Positions 1 through 12,800 of a stretch of DNA of 64,000 bases are shown here, one piece after another. The notes under the pieces were generated by a model, which made no database searches, was not told where the DNA came from, and worked only from the letters and a program-made list of their open reading frames with translations. The stretch is from Styela clava. Its lineage: Eukaryota. A program made the translations under genes and the position numbers. The stretch covers positions 16,306,001 through 16,370,000 of the forward strand of contig NC_135251.1 in assembly GCF_964204865.1 (NCBI RefSeq), given 5' to 3'. Every line of letters starts with the position of its first letter. Positions within the stretch are counted from its first letter, which is position 1.

Positions 1-142
1 GTAACCCCCTACCCATGCCCAAATTTCCTATGAATCCACATGTATTTTTAGGCAACTCCAATGCCAATGTATTATTAACAAAAAGATTAACTCAAACTGT
101 CTTATTTGGCAGAAAAGTCTGTTGGGTGAAAAGTCTGTTTAT

Positions 143-235
143 CCCCTCACATATAATCACCTCCCATGGGATTTGAACCTGTTCAGGGTAATCAGAGATG
201 CGATGGCTTACCATGATGCACCGACTGCCGAGCTG
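143..235 (-). mobile_element. Diverged 5' part of tRNA-derived SINE family A
   Basis: Reverse complement gccatcgcatctctgattaccctgaacaggttcaaatcccatggg aligns by eye with 51140-51185 (gccaccgcacctctaattactctgcgtgggttcgaatcccatgca). Confidence 0.65.
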
Positions 236-365
236 ATTCTATTTTAATCCTAGTGGATAGGCAGATTTTGCATATGTTAACTATTGCATCGGGAAATCCT
301 CAAGTCCTACAATTAATTACAACTGATTTCCCAAATTAATATTTGCAGATAATTTGGTTGTAATC

Positions 366-3300
366 ATGTTTAAAAACTTGAAACAGAAAGTATCTACTGA
401 TCAAAAAGTTCGAACTCCACAGTCTGCCAATCGGGGTGATGCTTCAAGCACACCCACTGGTCGTACTGGAACATCTAGATTGCCACGACCATCCAATTCA
501 GCGCCACCCAGGCGATCCAATTCTGAGAGTTTGAATGGTGCCAATGGTGCAGCTACTAAACAAAATAATGAATCCATGGAATCACCAGATATTGTACAAC
601 AGGTGGGAAATATATCAGGTGATGTTTCTCCCAATCCTTCAAATCATGGAGAAACGGATCAAGCACAAAAAAGTGCTCAGATAGCTACTGAAGCTGAGAA
701 AAAAGTTCCATTTTTCAAGAGACTAGAATTTTTGACTCCTCTTAAAGATCAAGTTGCAAATAAACTTTCGGAAAGTAAGGAATCAATCAGTTCTCTCGTT
801 GACGAAGTTCGTGGCAATGTAACAGGTTCTTCCAATGAACGATCTAAACCGGATATTGTTGCACAAACTAACGATCGTCGGCGAAGTGATTCCATTTCAG
901 ATACAGAAGAAATATCAATGAATCGGAATGCTATTGATGTAAGTGCAATTCCCAAAGAACAACTATTTGCAAAAGTAATGAGACTGGAGAAAACTCTTCT
1001 TAAATATAGAGAAAGATATGCAGAACTTGCTTCTAATTTTCGTGAGGCGAAACAAGAAAGAGAAAAGTTGCAATCAGTTATGCAACAGACCCAAGATAAA
1101 AATCTACGCAGAATTCAGGAACTCAAAGAAGCCGCAGCGTTGGATTTGAAAGCCAAAATGCATCTCGAAGAGGAGTTTCGAGTTTCTCTGGAAGAAAAAG
1201 ATCAAATGATACAAGTGCTTCATACTCAAGTTGCAATTCTTAAAGATGATCCGCAGAAGTCTCCACCACCAGTACAAACTGAAACTGCTCAAGGCCAGGG
1301 AGATGATTCAAAGCTTCAAAAAAGGGTCAAAACCTTAGAAGAACAACTCAAATTTGCTAAAGATACTTGTGAAGGTCTAAGAAGCCAAGGTGATGCTTTA
1401 CAAGAACAACTTAGTGAGCGATTAGAAGAATTAGAAAACCTGAAAGATTCGAACGTTGCGGAAAAGTCGAAACTTATCAAACAATTGCGTGAAGCAAAAA
1501 ACGTTATTGAGAAAATTGAAGAGGACAAAGTCACTGCTGTTGCAGAGGCCAAACGACAAATGCATGAGATTCTTGAAGGTAAAGATATCGAAGTAGAATC
1601 CTTACATCAACAAGTCAAGAAACTGCAAATTGATCTTGATGAATTTAAAATGAAGAAAGAGCAACGGGAAAATTCTTTGTTGGAGGAACTTCAAAAGGCA
1701 GTTACTATTGGTAGAACAGCAGAAGCTCAAAGAGCTGATGCTTTATTGAAAACTGAAACTATACAGAAAGAAATGGAAGGCAGAATTACAAAGATTGAAG
1801 AAGAATTTGATGCGGAAAGAAAAACTTATGTTTCTGAGGTTTCACATGCAAAAGCTGATAATCTTGATATTAATGAGAAACTTGAAAATGTAATGAAAAA
1901 ACACAAAAGTGATTTAGAGGCTCATACAAAAATGCATGAAGTTGCATTGCAAGAACAAGCAAAGAAATATAAACTGGAATTGGATGAAAAAGAGAATCAA
2001 ATGAGATTAGCAATTGAGGAGAGAGAGCTGAATAAAATGGCTGCAGTCTCACAACAAGACACTGAAGCTCAGAATTTGTTGAAACAACTAGATACAGAGT
2101 TGGAGAATGTTCGTCAAAAAGTGGAAGAGCTTGAAAAGGCAAGAGTGGATGAGGCCAACAAACATGAAGAGGAAATTACCATTCTAAAAGACAATTTTCA
2201 AAAGGCGAGTGAAGAACATAAATTCGAACTTGACAGCCTTAAAAAATATCATGATGATCATATGACTTCGAAGGCTCAAGAGTTTTTAGAAAAATTCACA
2301 AATCAAAAGAAAAAGTTTGAAAACAAACTTCAAACAAAAGAATTGACATGGACTGAAAAGTTAGCAGAAGCTGAGAAATCATACTTACAAGAAGTTGACG
2401 ATTTGAAAACACAAGTAAATGAACAAGGTAAAGAGAGGAACGAACTTTTTCAGCAACAAGCAGAGAAGGTTTCCCAACTCGAAAAAGAAGTCACTCTGTT
2501 GAATTGTGATAGGGAAGCCTTAAGTATCAAATTTTCGCAAATAGAATCTAAACTTTTTGAAAGAGATACACAATTGAAGGATTCTTTAAACGAATTAGAA
2601 GAAATCAAAAACAGTGCAACTAAAGAAAAAGAAGATTTGAATTCGAATATTGAAGCAAAAGATAACATAATTAAAGAACTAAACAGTAAAATGGAAAACT
2701 TGCAGCAGGACTTTTCACAGAAAGAACAAGAAAGCTTACAGCAGAATGAAGTTTCTCATGGAGAACTTGAAACGTTGCAGGAAAATCTGAAAAATTTACA
2801 ATCTCAGAAACAGGAACTTGAACAAGCTTGCAATGCTGCTGAAGAGAAATTGAAACAAAGAGAACAGACAATGAAAAAACATGTCTTGGATATGGAGGAA
2901 AGCCATAAATCTGCAATCGGTGATTTATCATCACAGTTAGATAAAGAAAAACAGGAATCTGTGGTGAAAATTGCTACTTTAGAAAAAGAGAAATTGGATC
3001 TTCAGAAATTACAAGAAGAAACAAATAAGAAATTTCTTGAAGCTGGTGGAAGATTAAAAGCACTTGCCCAAAAATTTAAAGCCACTGTTAAAGAAAACCA
3101 GACGACTGTGACAGAGAAAGAATCTATGATTGAGAAGTCTAAAACGGAATTAAATGAAATCAAAATAAAATTAGAACAACTGGAAGGACAAAATAGAAAA
3201 ATGGTTGAAAATCATGAAATGCGATTGAAAACAATGGAGTCTGAATGGGAAAACAAACTGAAAAATGAATTAGAAGGCTTGAAGGAGAAATCTGAAAAAG

Positions 3301-6300
3301 AATATGATGCGTTAAAAGAATCAATGATAAACACTCACAATCAAGATTTAGAATCATTGAGGAATAGTTTGAACAATGCTTTTGATGAGAACAAAAGTCA
3401 TTTAGTGGAAGAATTAACGAACAAATTCAATACTGAAAAGCAAGAATTATTAACTGAACAGAGGAAGAAACTTGACACTGAAATGAGGAATTTAGAGATG
3501 AGGCTGCAAAGCGAAACATCTGATGCCACTGACAAAGAAAAATCTCTTCTACAGTCCCTTCAAGAATGCCATGAAAAAATTACTGATCTCGAAAACGAGC
3601 AATCACAAAAATGTAAAGAACTTTCTGAAGCCCATGAGAATTTGGCATGTCTCCAAGCAGATTATAAAACAAGTACTGAAAAGTTTCAGAGTAATGAGAT
3701 TGAAGTAACGAATCTAAAACAGAAAGTAGATGCTGCTGAAGCTGAGCTTTCCCAATTTAGAAAGTTAAACTCTGATAAAGAATCTCAAGTTGAACAATTG
3801 ATGAAGGATCTTGATATATCTAATGATAACTTAACTCAGTTACAAAGTGAAATAAAAAATCTTCAACAGCAATTAGAAGACAAATCTAATGAAGAAAAGA
3901 AAGTTGCTACTGAATTGGATGCCAAGATTTCAGAATTTAATAAACTGACGGAAAATTTCAGTGCTCAGTCTATTCAGTTAAAAGAAGTTCATGCCAAAAT
4001 TTCAGAAAATGACAAGTTTTTAGAAAGCTTAAAATCAGAAAATAAAGTACATTCAGGTAAATTTGAAGCTCTGACGAAAGAGCATGCTGCTGCTTTGGAA
4101 AAGCAGAATAGTGATTGGCAAACAAAATATACTGAATTGAAATCTAAAGCCGAACAAAAAATAGCACAACAACACTCTCATCTCAAAAATGCCAAAGCTG
4201 AATTAACATCACAGCTAGAAACAATCCACAAACTTGGTGAGGAAAAGGCCTCTGCTGAAAAAAATATTCAACACCTTACTGACAGTGCAAAGCTTGTACA
4301 AGAAAATTTAACCCTTTTGGAACAAAAGCTTCAAGAGACTGAAAGTAAACTTATTGAACAGCAAAAATTTTCTGAGAAAGTTAAAAAGGATGCAGAAATT
4401 GCAGAACATTCGAAAAAAGACATTGTGGATGATTTGCAACTACAAATAAAAAACATTATGGAATCTTCTAAAAAACAAAGTCGAAATTATGATGAAATGA
4501 TCAAGAAATTGGAAGAGGATGTAAATGAAAAGAATGAAAAAATTATGGAATTTGAAAAAGAAATTGAAAGTTTGAATTTGAAGCTTTCGGATGTCAATTC
4601 TTCATTTGATGGTTCACAAGTTCAGTTGAAGGAGAGAGATTCAACAATTTCTGATTTAAATGAAAAGCTGGAAAACATGAAATTAGAAATTGAAACTAAA
4701 ACTGAAGACCTTGAAAACTGGAAAAAAGAAAAATTGGAAAACGATTCTTCAATGAAACTAACGCAAGCGGAAAACAACGAAATGGCAAAATCTTTAGAAA
4801 AAGTCAAAAAAGAACTTGCAGAAAAGGATGCCATTGTTGTTGAGAAAACAATACACTTGGAAAAAGAATCTAAAGAACAACTAGAAGCTCAAACTACGAA
4901 ATTAAACCAAGAACATCAAAAGAAAATGGCAGATTTGAAAAAGAAAGCTGAAGTTAGACTCGCTCAAATTAAAAATACTTTTACTTCCCAATTAGAAGAA
5001 AAACTGAAATTAATTTCTCAGTTAGAAGATGACAAGAGTTCTTTGGAAGAGCAAATGGTGCAAGCCTTAGAAGAAGCTAATAAAACCAAAGAAACTGCTA
5101 TTACTGAGAACAAAACATTGTTGACTGAATTTGAAAGCTTGAAAAACCAATTTGAACAATTACAAAGTGAAAAACAAGAAATGCTTTCGGCATGGGAAAA
5201 AGAAAAATTGGAAATTGAAGCTAGAATCAAAGAGGAATCTGATAAAAATATTGTCAATATGATGGAGGAAGAAAAATTAAAGTACGAGGATGAACAAGCT
5301 CAACTTGCCGAAGTGAAAGATCGACTTGAACAAGTACTTCAAGAGGCAAAGCTAAAATTGCAAGAAACAGAAAAGAAAATGGATGAAGAAAAAGATCGAT
5401 CGGAAATGGCACTACAGGAAGAAAAAGAAAGGAGATTGCAGAGTGAAACACAATTGTTGGTAGCAAAAGAAGATTTTGCAAACGAAATAGAGAATTTGAA
5501 AAATAAACAAAACTTATCAGATGCTAAAATTCTTTCCCTTGAAGAAAGTTTAAAGAATATGCAAGAGACTATTGACAGCACGGAAAGAGAAAATTTGAAT
5601 ATGATATCAGCTCTTGAAGCCCAATTAGATGCTGCTAGAAAAAGAAGTGAAAAGTTGGAGAATGATAGAGAAACTGTAAAGCAAAATTTAAATGATACAA
5701 TTGAAGATTATGAGAGGAAAATGCAGTCATTACGAGATGAAATCAGTTCATCGCAAAAACAAATGGAGGTTTTGTCTAAAACTTCAGTTGAAGATAAAGA
5801 TGTGGAAGTTGAAAGAAAATTAGGAAACTTAAAAGAGGATTTTGAAAGAAGGTTGCGAGAGAAAGATGAAGAAACAACAAAGAAGATCAAGAAAATGATG
5901 ACTGAATATGAAACGCAAATTCAGAAAAATAACGAGAGTTTCGACTCAAAACTTGAAAAAATGAAGAAAAAAAATTTATCATTTGAAGATTCAGTGCGAT
6001 CTGATCATCACAAGGAACTAGTTTTTCTGCAAAGAGAAATTCAAGGAAAAGAAGAGAAAATGGAAGAAGTTGTCGAAAAGTACGAGTCAGAAATGCATGA
6101 AATGGAAAAAAATATGTCCGAACAAGTTGATAAAGCCATGTATCGTGCTATGACTGCTGAAAAAAAATTACAAAGTGCAGACATGGAGCAAGAAAATGAA
6201 AATTTGAAAAAACAACTAGCGGAAGTGAATAAAATTCTTGCTGATACGCAACAGAGGGAACGCGAAAATGAAATGATGCTTCAGTCGTTCCAAGCGAGAG

Positions 6301-6479
6301 TGTCACTTGCCACACCTCTCGCCGATCCAGATAAACTTGAATATCTAAGGAGGATTTTGTATGAATATATTATGGGAAATGAATGTGGGACTATGGCAAA
6401 AGTTTTAATACTTCTACTGCAATTTAATGAACTTGAATCACAACAAATTCTCGAAAAACATGGCTTAGCACAGAAATAA
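366..6479 (+). CDS. GOLGA4: Golgin subfamily A member 4 (golgin-245), GRIP-domain golgin; 2037 aa encoded without introns
   Basis: ATG at 366 gives MFKNLKQKV, like the GOLGA4 N-terminus MFKKLKQKI. The ORF-track start at 354 is a TTG. Segment QDKNLRRIQELKE...KMHLEEEFRVSLEEKDQMIQVLHTQV, long E/K/Q coiled coil, and C-terminal GRIP motif (LEYLRRILYEYIMG...MAKVLILLLQF). Acceptor tttgcag at 342-348; AATAAA at 6639. Confidence 0.9.
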   Translation: MFKNLKQKVSTDQKVRTPQSANRGDASSTPTGRTGTSRLPRPSNSAPPRRSNSESLNGANGAATKQNNESMESPDIVQQVGNISGDVSPNPSNHGETDQAQKSAQIATEAEKKVPFFKRLEFLTPLKDQVANKLSESKESISSLVDEVRGNVTGSSNERSKPDIVAQTNDRRRSDSISDTEEISMNRNAIDVSAIPKEQLFAKVMRLEKTLLKYRERYAELASNFREAKQEREKLQSVMQQTQDKNLRRIQELKEAAALDLKAKMHLEEEFRVSLEEKDQMIQVLHTQVAILKDDPQKSPPPVQTETAQGQGDDSKLQKRVKTLEEQLKFAKDTCEGLRSQGDALQEQLSERLEELENLKDSNVAEKSKLIKQLREAKNVIEKIEEDKVTAVAEAKRQMHEILEGKDIEVESLHQQVKKLQIDLDEFKMKKEQRENSLLEELQKAVTIGRTAEAQRADALLKTETIQKEMEGRITKIEEEFDAERKTYVSEVSHAKADNLDINEKLENVMKKHKSDLEAHTKMHEVALQEQAKKYKLELDEKENQMRLAIEERELNKMAAVSQQDTEAQNLLKQLDTELENVRQKVEELEKARVDEANKHEEEITILKDNFQKASEEHKFELDSLKKYHDDHMTSKAQEFLEKFTNQKKKFENKLQTKELTWTEKLAEAEKSYLQEVDDLKTQVNEQGKERNELFQQQAEKVSQLEKEVTLLNCDREALSIKFSQIESKLFERDTQLKDSLNELEEIKNSATKEKEDLNSNIEAKDNIIKELNSKMENLQQDFSQKEQESLQQNEVSHGELETLQENLKNLQSQKQELEQACNAAEEKLKQREQTMKKHVLDMEESHKSAIGDLSSQLDKEKQESVVKIATLEKEKLDLQKLQEETNKKFLEAGGRLKALAQKFKATVKENQTTVTEKESMIEKSKTELNEIKIKLEQLEGQNRKMVENHEMRLKTMESEWENKLKNELEGLKEKSEKEYDALKESMINTHNQDLESLRNSLNNAFDENKSHLVEELTNKFNTEKQELLTEQRKKLDTEMRNLEMRLQSETSDATDKEKSLLQSLQECHEKITDLENEQSQKCKELSEAHENLACLQADYKTSTEKFQSNEIEVTNLKQKVDAAEAELSQFRKLNSDKESQVEQLMKDLDISNDNLTQLQSEIKNLQQQLEDKSNEEKKVATELDAKISEFNKLTENFSAQSIQLKEVHAKISENDKFLESLKSENKVHSGKFEALTKEHAAALEKQNSDWQTKYTELKSKAEQKIAQQHSHLKNAKAELTSQLETIHKLGEEKASAEKNIQHLTDSAKLVQENLTLLEQKLQETESKLIEQQKFSEKVKKDAEIAEHSKKDIVDDLQLQIKNIMESSKKQSRNYDEMIKKLEEDVNEKNEKIMEFEKEIESLNLKLSDVNSSFDGSQVQLKERDSTISDLNEKLENMKLEIETKTEDLENWKKEKLENDSSMKLTQAENNEMAKSLEKVKKELAEKDAIVVEKTIHLEKESKEQLEAQTTKLNQEHQKKMADLKKKAEVRLAQIKNTFTSQLEEKLKLISQLEDDKSSLEEQMVQALEEANKTKETAITENKTLLTEFESLKNQFEQLQSEKQEMLSAWEKEKLEIEARIKEESDKNIVNMMEEEKLKYEDEQAQLAEVKDRLEQVLQEAKLKLQETEKKMDEEKDRSEMALQEEKERRLQSETQLLVAKEDFANEIENLKNKQNLSDAKILSLEESLKNMQETIDSTERENLNMISALEAQLDAARKRSEKLENDRETVKQNLNDTIEDYERKMQSLRDEISSSQKQMEVLSKTSVEDKDVEVERKLGNLKEDFERRLREKDEETTKKIKKMMTEYETQIQKNNESFDSKLEKMKKKNLSFEDSVRSDHHKELVFLQREIQGKEEKMEEVVEKYESEMHEMEKNMSEQVDKAMYRAMTAEKKLQSADMEQENENLKKQLAEVNKILADTQQRERENEMMLQSFQARVSLATPLADPDKLEYLRRILYEYIMGNECGTMAKVLILLLQFNELESQQILEKHGLAQK

Positions 6480-7511
6480 CGCTATAGATTGGGGTACAAG
6501 ACTTTAAGAATTTTCGTGAATGTGTCTCACTGTTTTTATCATATAATATATATACCGTACATCATATATGTTTTTTTTTTTGATACATTCAGGTATGGAC
6601 CACCAACTATTTTATCACAAAATTTATTTACTTTGTGAAATAAATCGCATTCATTGAACAAAATTGTCTTTGCTAAAATATGTGTTTATAAATTGAAAGC
6701 AAGTCTATAATATTATTCGAAAATTCTAAAACTGATTATATCTCTCATTAGTTTTATAGTTTAATGAAACATGTTTCAATTCTATTCTGCGATATACCTA
6801 TACGGTGCTATTTAGGTTGCTTGGTAGAAAGTATTGTTTTGGTACATCTACCATATTGTTTGGTATATTGCATTTTCACACTTGTGCTCATGTTATTCTT
6901 TTCATACCTGAATTTGGATTTCTTGTTATATTGATTTGTTATTCCATAAGCATTATTAATATGTGTGATGTTCATGTCCCATGATATTTCATTTGCTAAG
7001 TGCAATATTCGGAAATTATAAGCACAGTTGGTTGCTTTTATTTTAGATTTAAAGCAATTTTCAATGATTCATTCTTGTAGCAAGTTACGGTAGCTTTGGA
7101 GATGCTAGCCTAATTTATTATTCTTATTTTGAGTCTTTATAACAGGGGTCATTCATTTTGATGTTTCAAACAAAGACGCTTTGGGAATATATTTATATGC
7201 CAGCTGGGGTTTCGATTTTCTTGTATTTCTAAAGATGCATAAATTGGAATTGTTTTACTGTGTGAAAATTATGAATATGTTTGAGTACTATTCAAATATT
7301 GCTCCTAATTTCTGTTTAGTTAAGAATTTCTCATGAATTTGAGAACCGGTTTTTTTCTATATAAAAAAAAATTAATCATATTTTAAAAGATACTGTTTCC
7401 ACATGCCTTAACTTAAACCTATTTTTAAGTGGCTTTGTAACTCGTCTATAGATGCTATATAAAGGGTGCTTTAAAAAACAGAACCCAGATCGTTTGCAAC
7501 TTGCTCTAGAG

Positions 7512-7816
7512 CAGTGGTTTTCAAACTCTTTGAGGCCGCGCCCCCTTTTCAGAATTTGTCAAGTCTCGTGCCCCATCTCAAAAATATAACTAGCTAAGAA
7601 GGCTACAAATAACAAATAGTAAGGCAAAATTTTATTCGAAAAACATGTTGAAAATACATAGATGGAACGTAAATAGTTGAATAAATGGAAAGTTTTAAAA
7701 AACAAATAAGGCGCGCAAGATCAAATCTATCAATTATTTTTAATTAGCTTCACGCCCCCTCGAAAAATTGTTTACCTCCCCCTTGTGGGGCGCGCCTCAC
7801 CACTTGAGAACCACTG
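7512..7816. mobile_element. hAT (Charlie/Buster-type) MITE, family 1
   Basis: TIRs CAGTGGTTTTCAA / TTGAGAACCACTG; degenerate 8-bp TSD ctctagag/ttctacag. Same family in reverse orientation at 18171-18468 and 42409-42610. Confidence 0.85.
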
Positions 7817-8228
7817 TTCTACAGAGAACATAACTTTGTGCAAAGCATCTTAGAGTGTTCAAGAAATTTATGAGTTGTTTTGTACTCATTGTATTTTCGT
7901 CAAAAATGCAGTATTGCCCAATCCCTTGGCATAGTCTTCATTACTGAGAAAATGTGCAAATTTAGTTGAAAATTTCACTGGAAATTCCCTAATTTGACAT
8001 ATTGTTGGATTTTATCTTTGGTATTGTAAAATATTTATAACATAGCATTGATCAATAGAAATACACAAGATTATACTCTTGTGTTTTATTCAAGTGGGAT
8101 TAAAACAGATAATGTTTCAATACGTTTTGAAGCCACTTCACAGGTTTTTACAACCACACGCTTGTTTTGTTATTATCTGAGTATTTAAACAAATGCTTCA
8201 TGTTATATTATATACCGTATCTAATATA

Positions 8229-8392
8229 CAGGGTTTTCATAAAGTCTGAAAAATTTTGAAATTTAATAGGGAATTCATCAATACCATATATAGTTTGTAT
8301 TGGTAAAAAACTCAAACCCTGATTAAAATCAAACAAACCTTGTTAAGATATATTCCATAACAAAATTGTAATTGGACTTTATGAACACCCTA
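8229..8392. mobile_element. Tc1/mariner-type MITE
   Basis: TA|CAGGGTTTTCATAAAGTC ... GACTTTATGAACACCCTA|TA: ~18-bp TIRs flanked by TA. Confidence 0.7.
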
Positions 8393-9877
8393 TATATTCA
8401 AACAAGATTTCCAATTGCCAGTAAAACGGAAAACTTATCCTTGTCCTACTTCTATTCCCATGCACAGCCAGAACTGGTAAACTGACGAGAAGGACATGAA
8501 TTCAACCGTACTTTTGTGCCAATCCGTCCATTAAATTTTATAAATTTACCATTGCCTTTTTTAGTAATAGTGCTTTAGTGTATTCGCGTTTCGTTAATAT
8601 ATCAGTTTTTGTTGGTCTGCTCATTATAGATCGTGAATTCAGAAAAAATTTTAATCAATTGTAATTAAAACCTTATTCAATACTGCATTGCTGAAAGTGT
8701 GATTTTTCATGAAATTTATTTTTCATATCTTTAAAAAAGTTGTGTTGTATAGTTTTTTCATGCACAGCTTACTGAATTTATTGCACGTTTGAGGAAAGTG
8801 TTGGAAGTGAGACTTGAACCTGGTATCTCTAACCTGTATCGCCAACTTGGTTATGTCTGTAATTCCAATATAGTAGGCCATCAGTGTTTGTGCAATTTCA
8901 CGCTATATATTTGTTTTATCATTTTATCAACATACATATTGTATAAATTGTACATAAATAATTTTTCCATATATGTTATGTTGTAGTACCATCCGTACTA
9001 CTAACATCTGGAAATATAGTTTATATTCAAGACTTCTGCTTTATAATTTGAATTTTTTTTAAACCTTGAATGTCACGTTAGATCATGTTACTATTTTTCG
9101 TACTGTCTGTTGAATATATTTAGTAGCTAGAGATTTCAAATTTTTTCTAGTATATACCCAATAGTTTGAATGTTAGCTATTCTAAATGCAAGTTTTATAG
9201 ATTGGTCCAGAGATTCCCAAACTTTTCAAACTTCATACATTTACTTTCTATATTACATGTTTTTCTATATGACATGTTGGAAGTAATATTTGACATTTCA
9301 ATTTTGACGAGGAGGATTTTCATAATATATGCACATTGAATCAATGCGATATATGGGGTTGTTTTTGTACATATAAACAATCGCAAGTTTAGGAAATTTT
9401 TTAGAAAATGATTTTATATTTCGACTCACACTCAAAATTATGTCACACTACTGTGTGACACACAGTTTGGGAACCACTGGCATAATCCAAGCAGTTGGTT
9501 ATGTATTTAGTAAACACATTCATTTTCTGTTTTCATTTTCTGTCTATATTCTTTGCATATATTTGAGATTTGCATTGTTTGGAATTTTCAATCTAAATTT
9601 TGAATTTAGCATTTGTCCTCTAGTATAATATCTGTCATCTCTATCTTTTGCTGTACTGAAATTTCATTTCAAATCATGATCTAACGATTATGTGCTGGTG
9701 TTGCTAATTCATGCAAATGATATATGGTTTATCATTGGCTTTTCTTTGATTGGATATTGTTTCATAGATGTTATATATTCAATTTATTTTAAATCATACA
9801 TCCTTATGTGCCTTGTTATTATATTTACAGCCTTACATTTGCAAGATGTTATATAATTTCATAAATATTAACTAGAT

Positions 9878-12800
9878 ATGGCTTGCAGTTTAAAACAAAC
9901 TTGTGTTATTGAGGATGTTACATCTGTCAGAAAATATTTATTTCCGGTCAGAGATGCAGGAAATGAACAGCAAATGAAAGGTTTGCTATATTTTATCATC
10001 TAAATACTAATAGTTGGGAATTGTAGGCTTGGATGTTGAAACAGTAGAATACTTGGATACATTCAACATCATCACTAGCTGTTCATGCCACTGCAAGCAG
10101 ATAGCCTCCACATTTGACGCCAGGTACTCCTCTTTCGAGCAAGTTGCATCCAGGTTTGTGCTGGTGGATTCATGTGTGAATAATGCATACTCTTCTGTGT
10201 ATGACCATTCTATTCAATTCAATAGTCTTGTTCCATATTAAAACAAATTCATCAATTACGGTAATACTATTCAAATTTTTATATTGGCTTCAAGCTCAAA
10301 TTTACAAATTGTGCTAAAATTGCTACCATTTTACTTTTTTTTAACATGGCTTATTTGTACGTCTTTCACTCTAAACAAAGCTCTGCACAAGTAGCAATTG
10401 TTAAGGGTTAGTAGCTAACTACTATATGGAAGTACTCGACATGGCTGGTATTCGAAAATAACATCTAGCCTATATTATATATAGATAATGATGCTGATGG
10501 ATGGAATGAAGATGATTGGGCGAATAATTGGGAAAATGACAATGAAGACAATAGCAAGCAAAAGGTTGCTTAAAAATTATTTAATAATTGATAATTTAGT
10601 AGTGGACAATTATTTCAGGGAGAACATTTCACTTTTCATTCTTTTTAATCGAAAAAAAGATATCACTTTTAGAAGTCTGAATAATATAAATCATCAGAAA
10701 TTGAGACAATTTTGCTTTTAGTGGAATTTTAATCACAGATGGCCAAAGTCTAATAACTTTCTATTCTGAACACATTCTAAAATAATGTTCGTGATTATCG
10801 AATATATTTCCATGTTCAGCGAATAACATGTTTTTGATAAATTTTGGAAAGTAAAGTTATACAGTTATTGGATTGGATTTATATTTTTTGAAGTTTTCAT
10901 AAATAGGATATTTAAATTACTGTAAGGCATTTTTGGTCATTCTGTGACATTTAAAATTATAATTTCAAATGAAACTTTCAGTTCATTTTTAGAATCAGGA
11001 TTTTAAAATATTGAATATAATAAATAAATTGATTCGAATATTTCACTTGCTTGAGCAACAATGGGTTGAAACACACATTTTCATATGATCTTATTTCACA
11101 GCTTTTGCTCTGAATAAGGGTCTGTATAAGCAGCCACTAATGATGTAAGAAGCTAATAATCTTTTCAGTTCAGCATTGACTGCCCAATTTAATATGAGTG
11201 TATTGTTTTACCTGCTAGGCCTTCGCACCAACAAATATTAATATTTTAAATATTATTTCTTCTGGTATCAGGATGAGAATGATTCTTCAGATGATCAAGA
11301 AAATAACTGGTTCCATAAATGCCAGATAGCATTCTCACCTACCTATGATTTGTTGGTAATAGGTTATGCTGGAAAGATCATTCTACTTGCAGGTTGGTTG
11401 TGACAGAAGTTGAATTTTTTAAAAAAAAACTCTTTTTATTTTGAGAATTGTCAAAGAATATTTGATAATAATATTATGTTTGAAAGAATAGCAACTCGAT
11501 CAATATAGACTATGTTTCTGAATCCTAATCATGAATCTGATTATTTAACCATAAACACAGGTGCTATGAATAGAAATGTCCTTGATTTAAGTTTCGAAAT
11601 TTTTTTAATACCAATATACATATCAAATTAAATTTTGCAAATGCGATTGATAAGAACACTGCTTTTTTATGAAATGGCTTTTGCTCAGAACAACCTACAT
11701 TACAATGATTAATATTTAGCGATATTTATTAAGGGACTCTTATTTTTTGAAACACCAGAATCTTCCCTGGTTCTGGTATTATACCGTGGTTGACGGGATG
11801 GTCATGATATTTGAACCATAGGTGTGTTACCTGCGATGTGAACTCAGTTAATAAGCCTAACCCTTTAACCGCAAAATTAGTATAGGCTATTATTTATAGA
11901 TTGTGATTGTATCAGAAGTAACGCGCATTTTGATTTGAGAACACCAAATTATTCAAACATCGATAGTTGAAAATAGTTCGTATTAATTTATATTAAATAT
12001 ATTTCTTACTTTCCAAATGATTTTTTGAATTTAGAATTCAAATTTAGGTTCAATTTGTTTCAATTAGATTCCCGAGATTTATACCATAACAAATATCTTT
12101 TTAATGTCTGTTATTGTTGCTTTACAGCCAAATCTGAGGGTCATAGTGCAAGAAGCCATGGGACTAGAAAATACAAAATTGCAACACAAATGGAAATATC
12201 AGAAGAATCGGGGTATATTATTTTTTACTCTCAGTTAATGCAGAAGCTAATCGTTAGTAATTGTATAACAGTTTTTATACAATATTATACTCTTTTCTCT
12301 TGGAGCAAGGTCCTATGTTAACGGCCACTCATATCTAAGGATCACAATGAGCTACTATTTTTGAGAAGGACCGGAATTTGTCCCTTTAGTACACCCTGGT
12401 AACGTTGTGGCCATGAAATTTGAAGTCTAGATGTGTATACTGGAATGCCAATACGGCCAAGTCTAACGCTTCACCCACTGGCCAATGCGCCCACGGTATA
12501 GACAGAATAGGCTTAGTTTCTCACCCTTAAGTGAAAAATACAGCTATTTTTCATGTTTATTCTTTTTGGGAGATATCTTGGATTGTCACATGGGCCTATT
12601 TAATATATTCAGGTTTTATGCAAACATCACTTTTGCTATCTGATAACAGGCTGTAAATTGTTACCCTATATTTAACATGACAATTTTTGAACATCCATGT
12701 TATCAAATGCTTACCGGTATGTCTTTTTCCCCAATTTCCTATTCAAGATGGGGAAAATGGAAATTACTCTATTTGAAGAAATGAAAAAATTCTCAAATTT

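Noticed and set aside
401-5890. Antisense and alternative-frame ORFs over GOLGA4 (similar ones over WASHC2 and KLHDC4)
   Set aside because: S/F/L-rich shadows of E/K/D-rich codons on the real strand.
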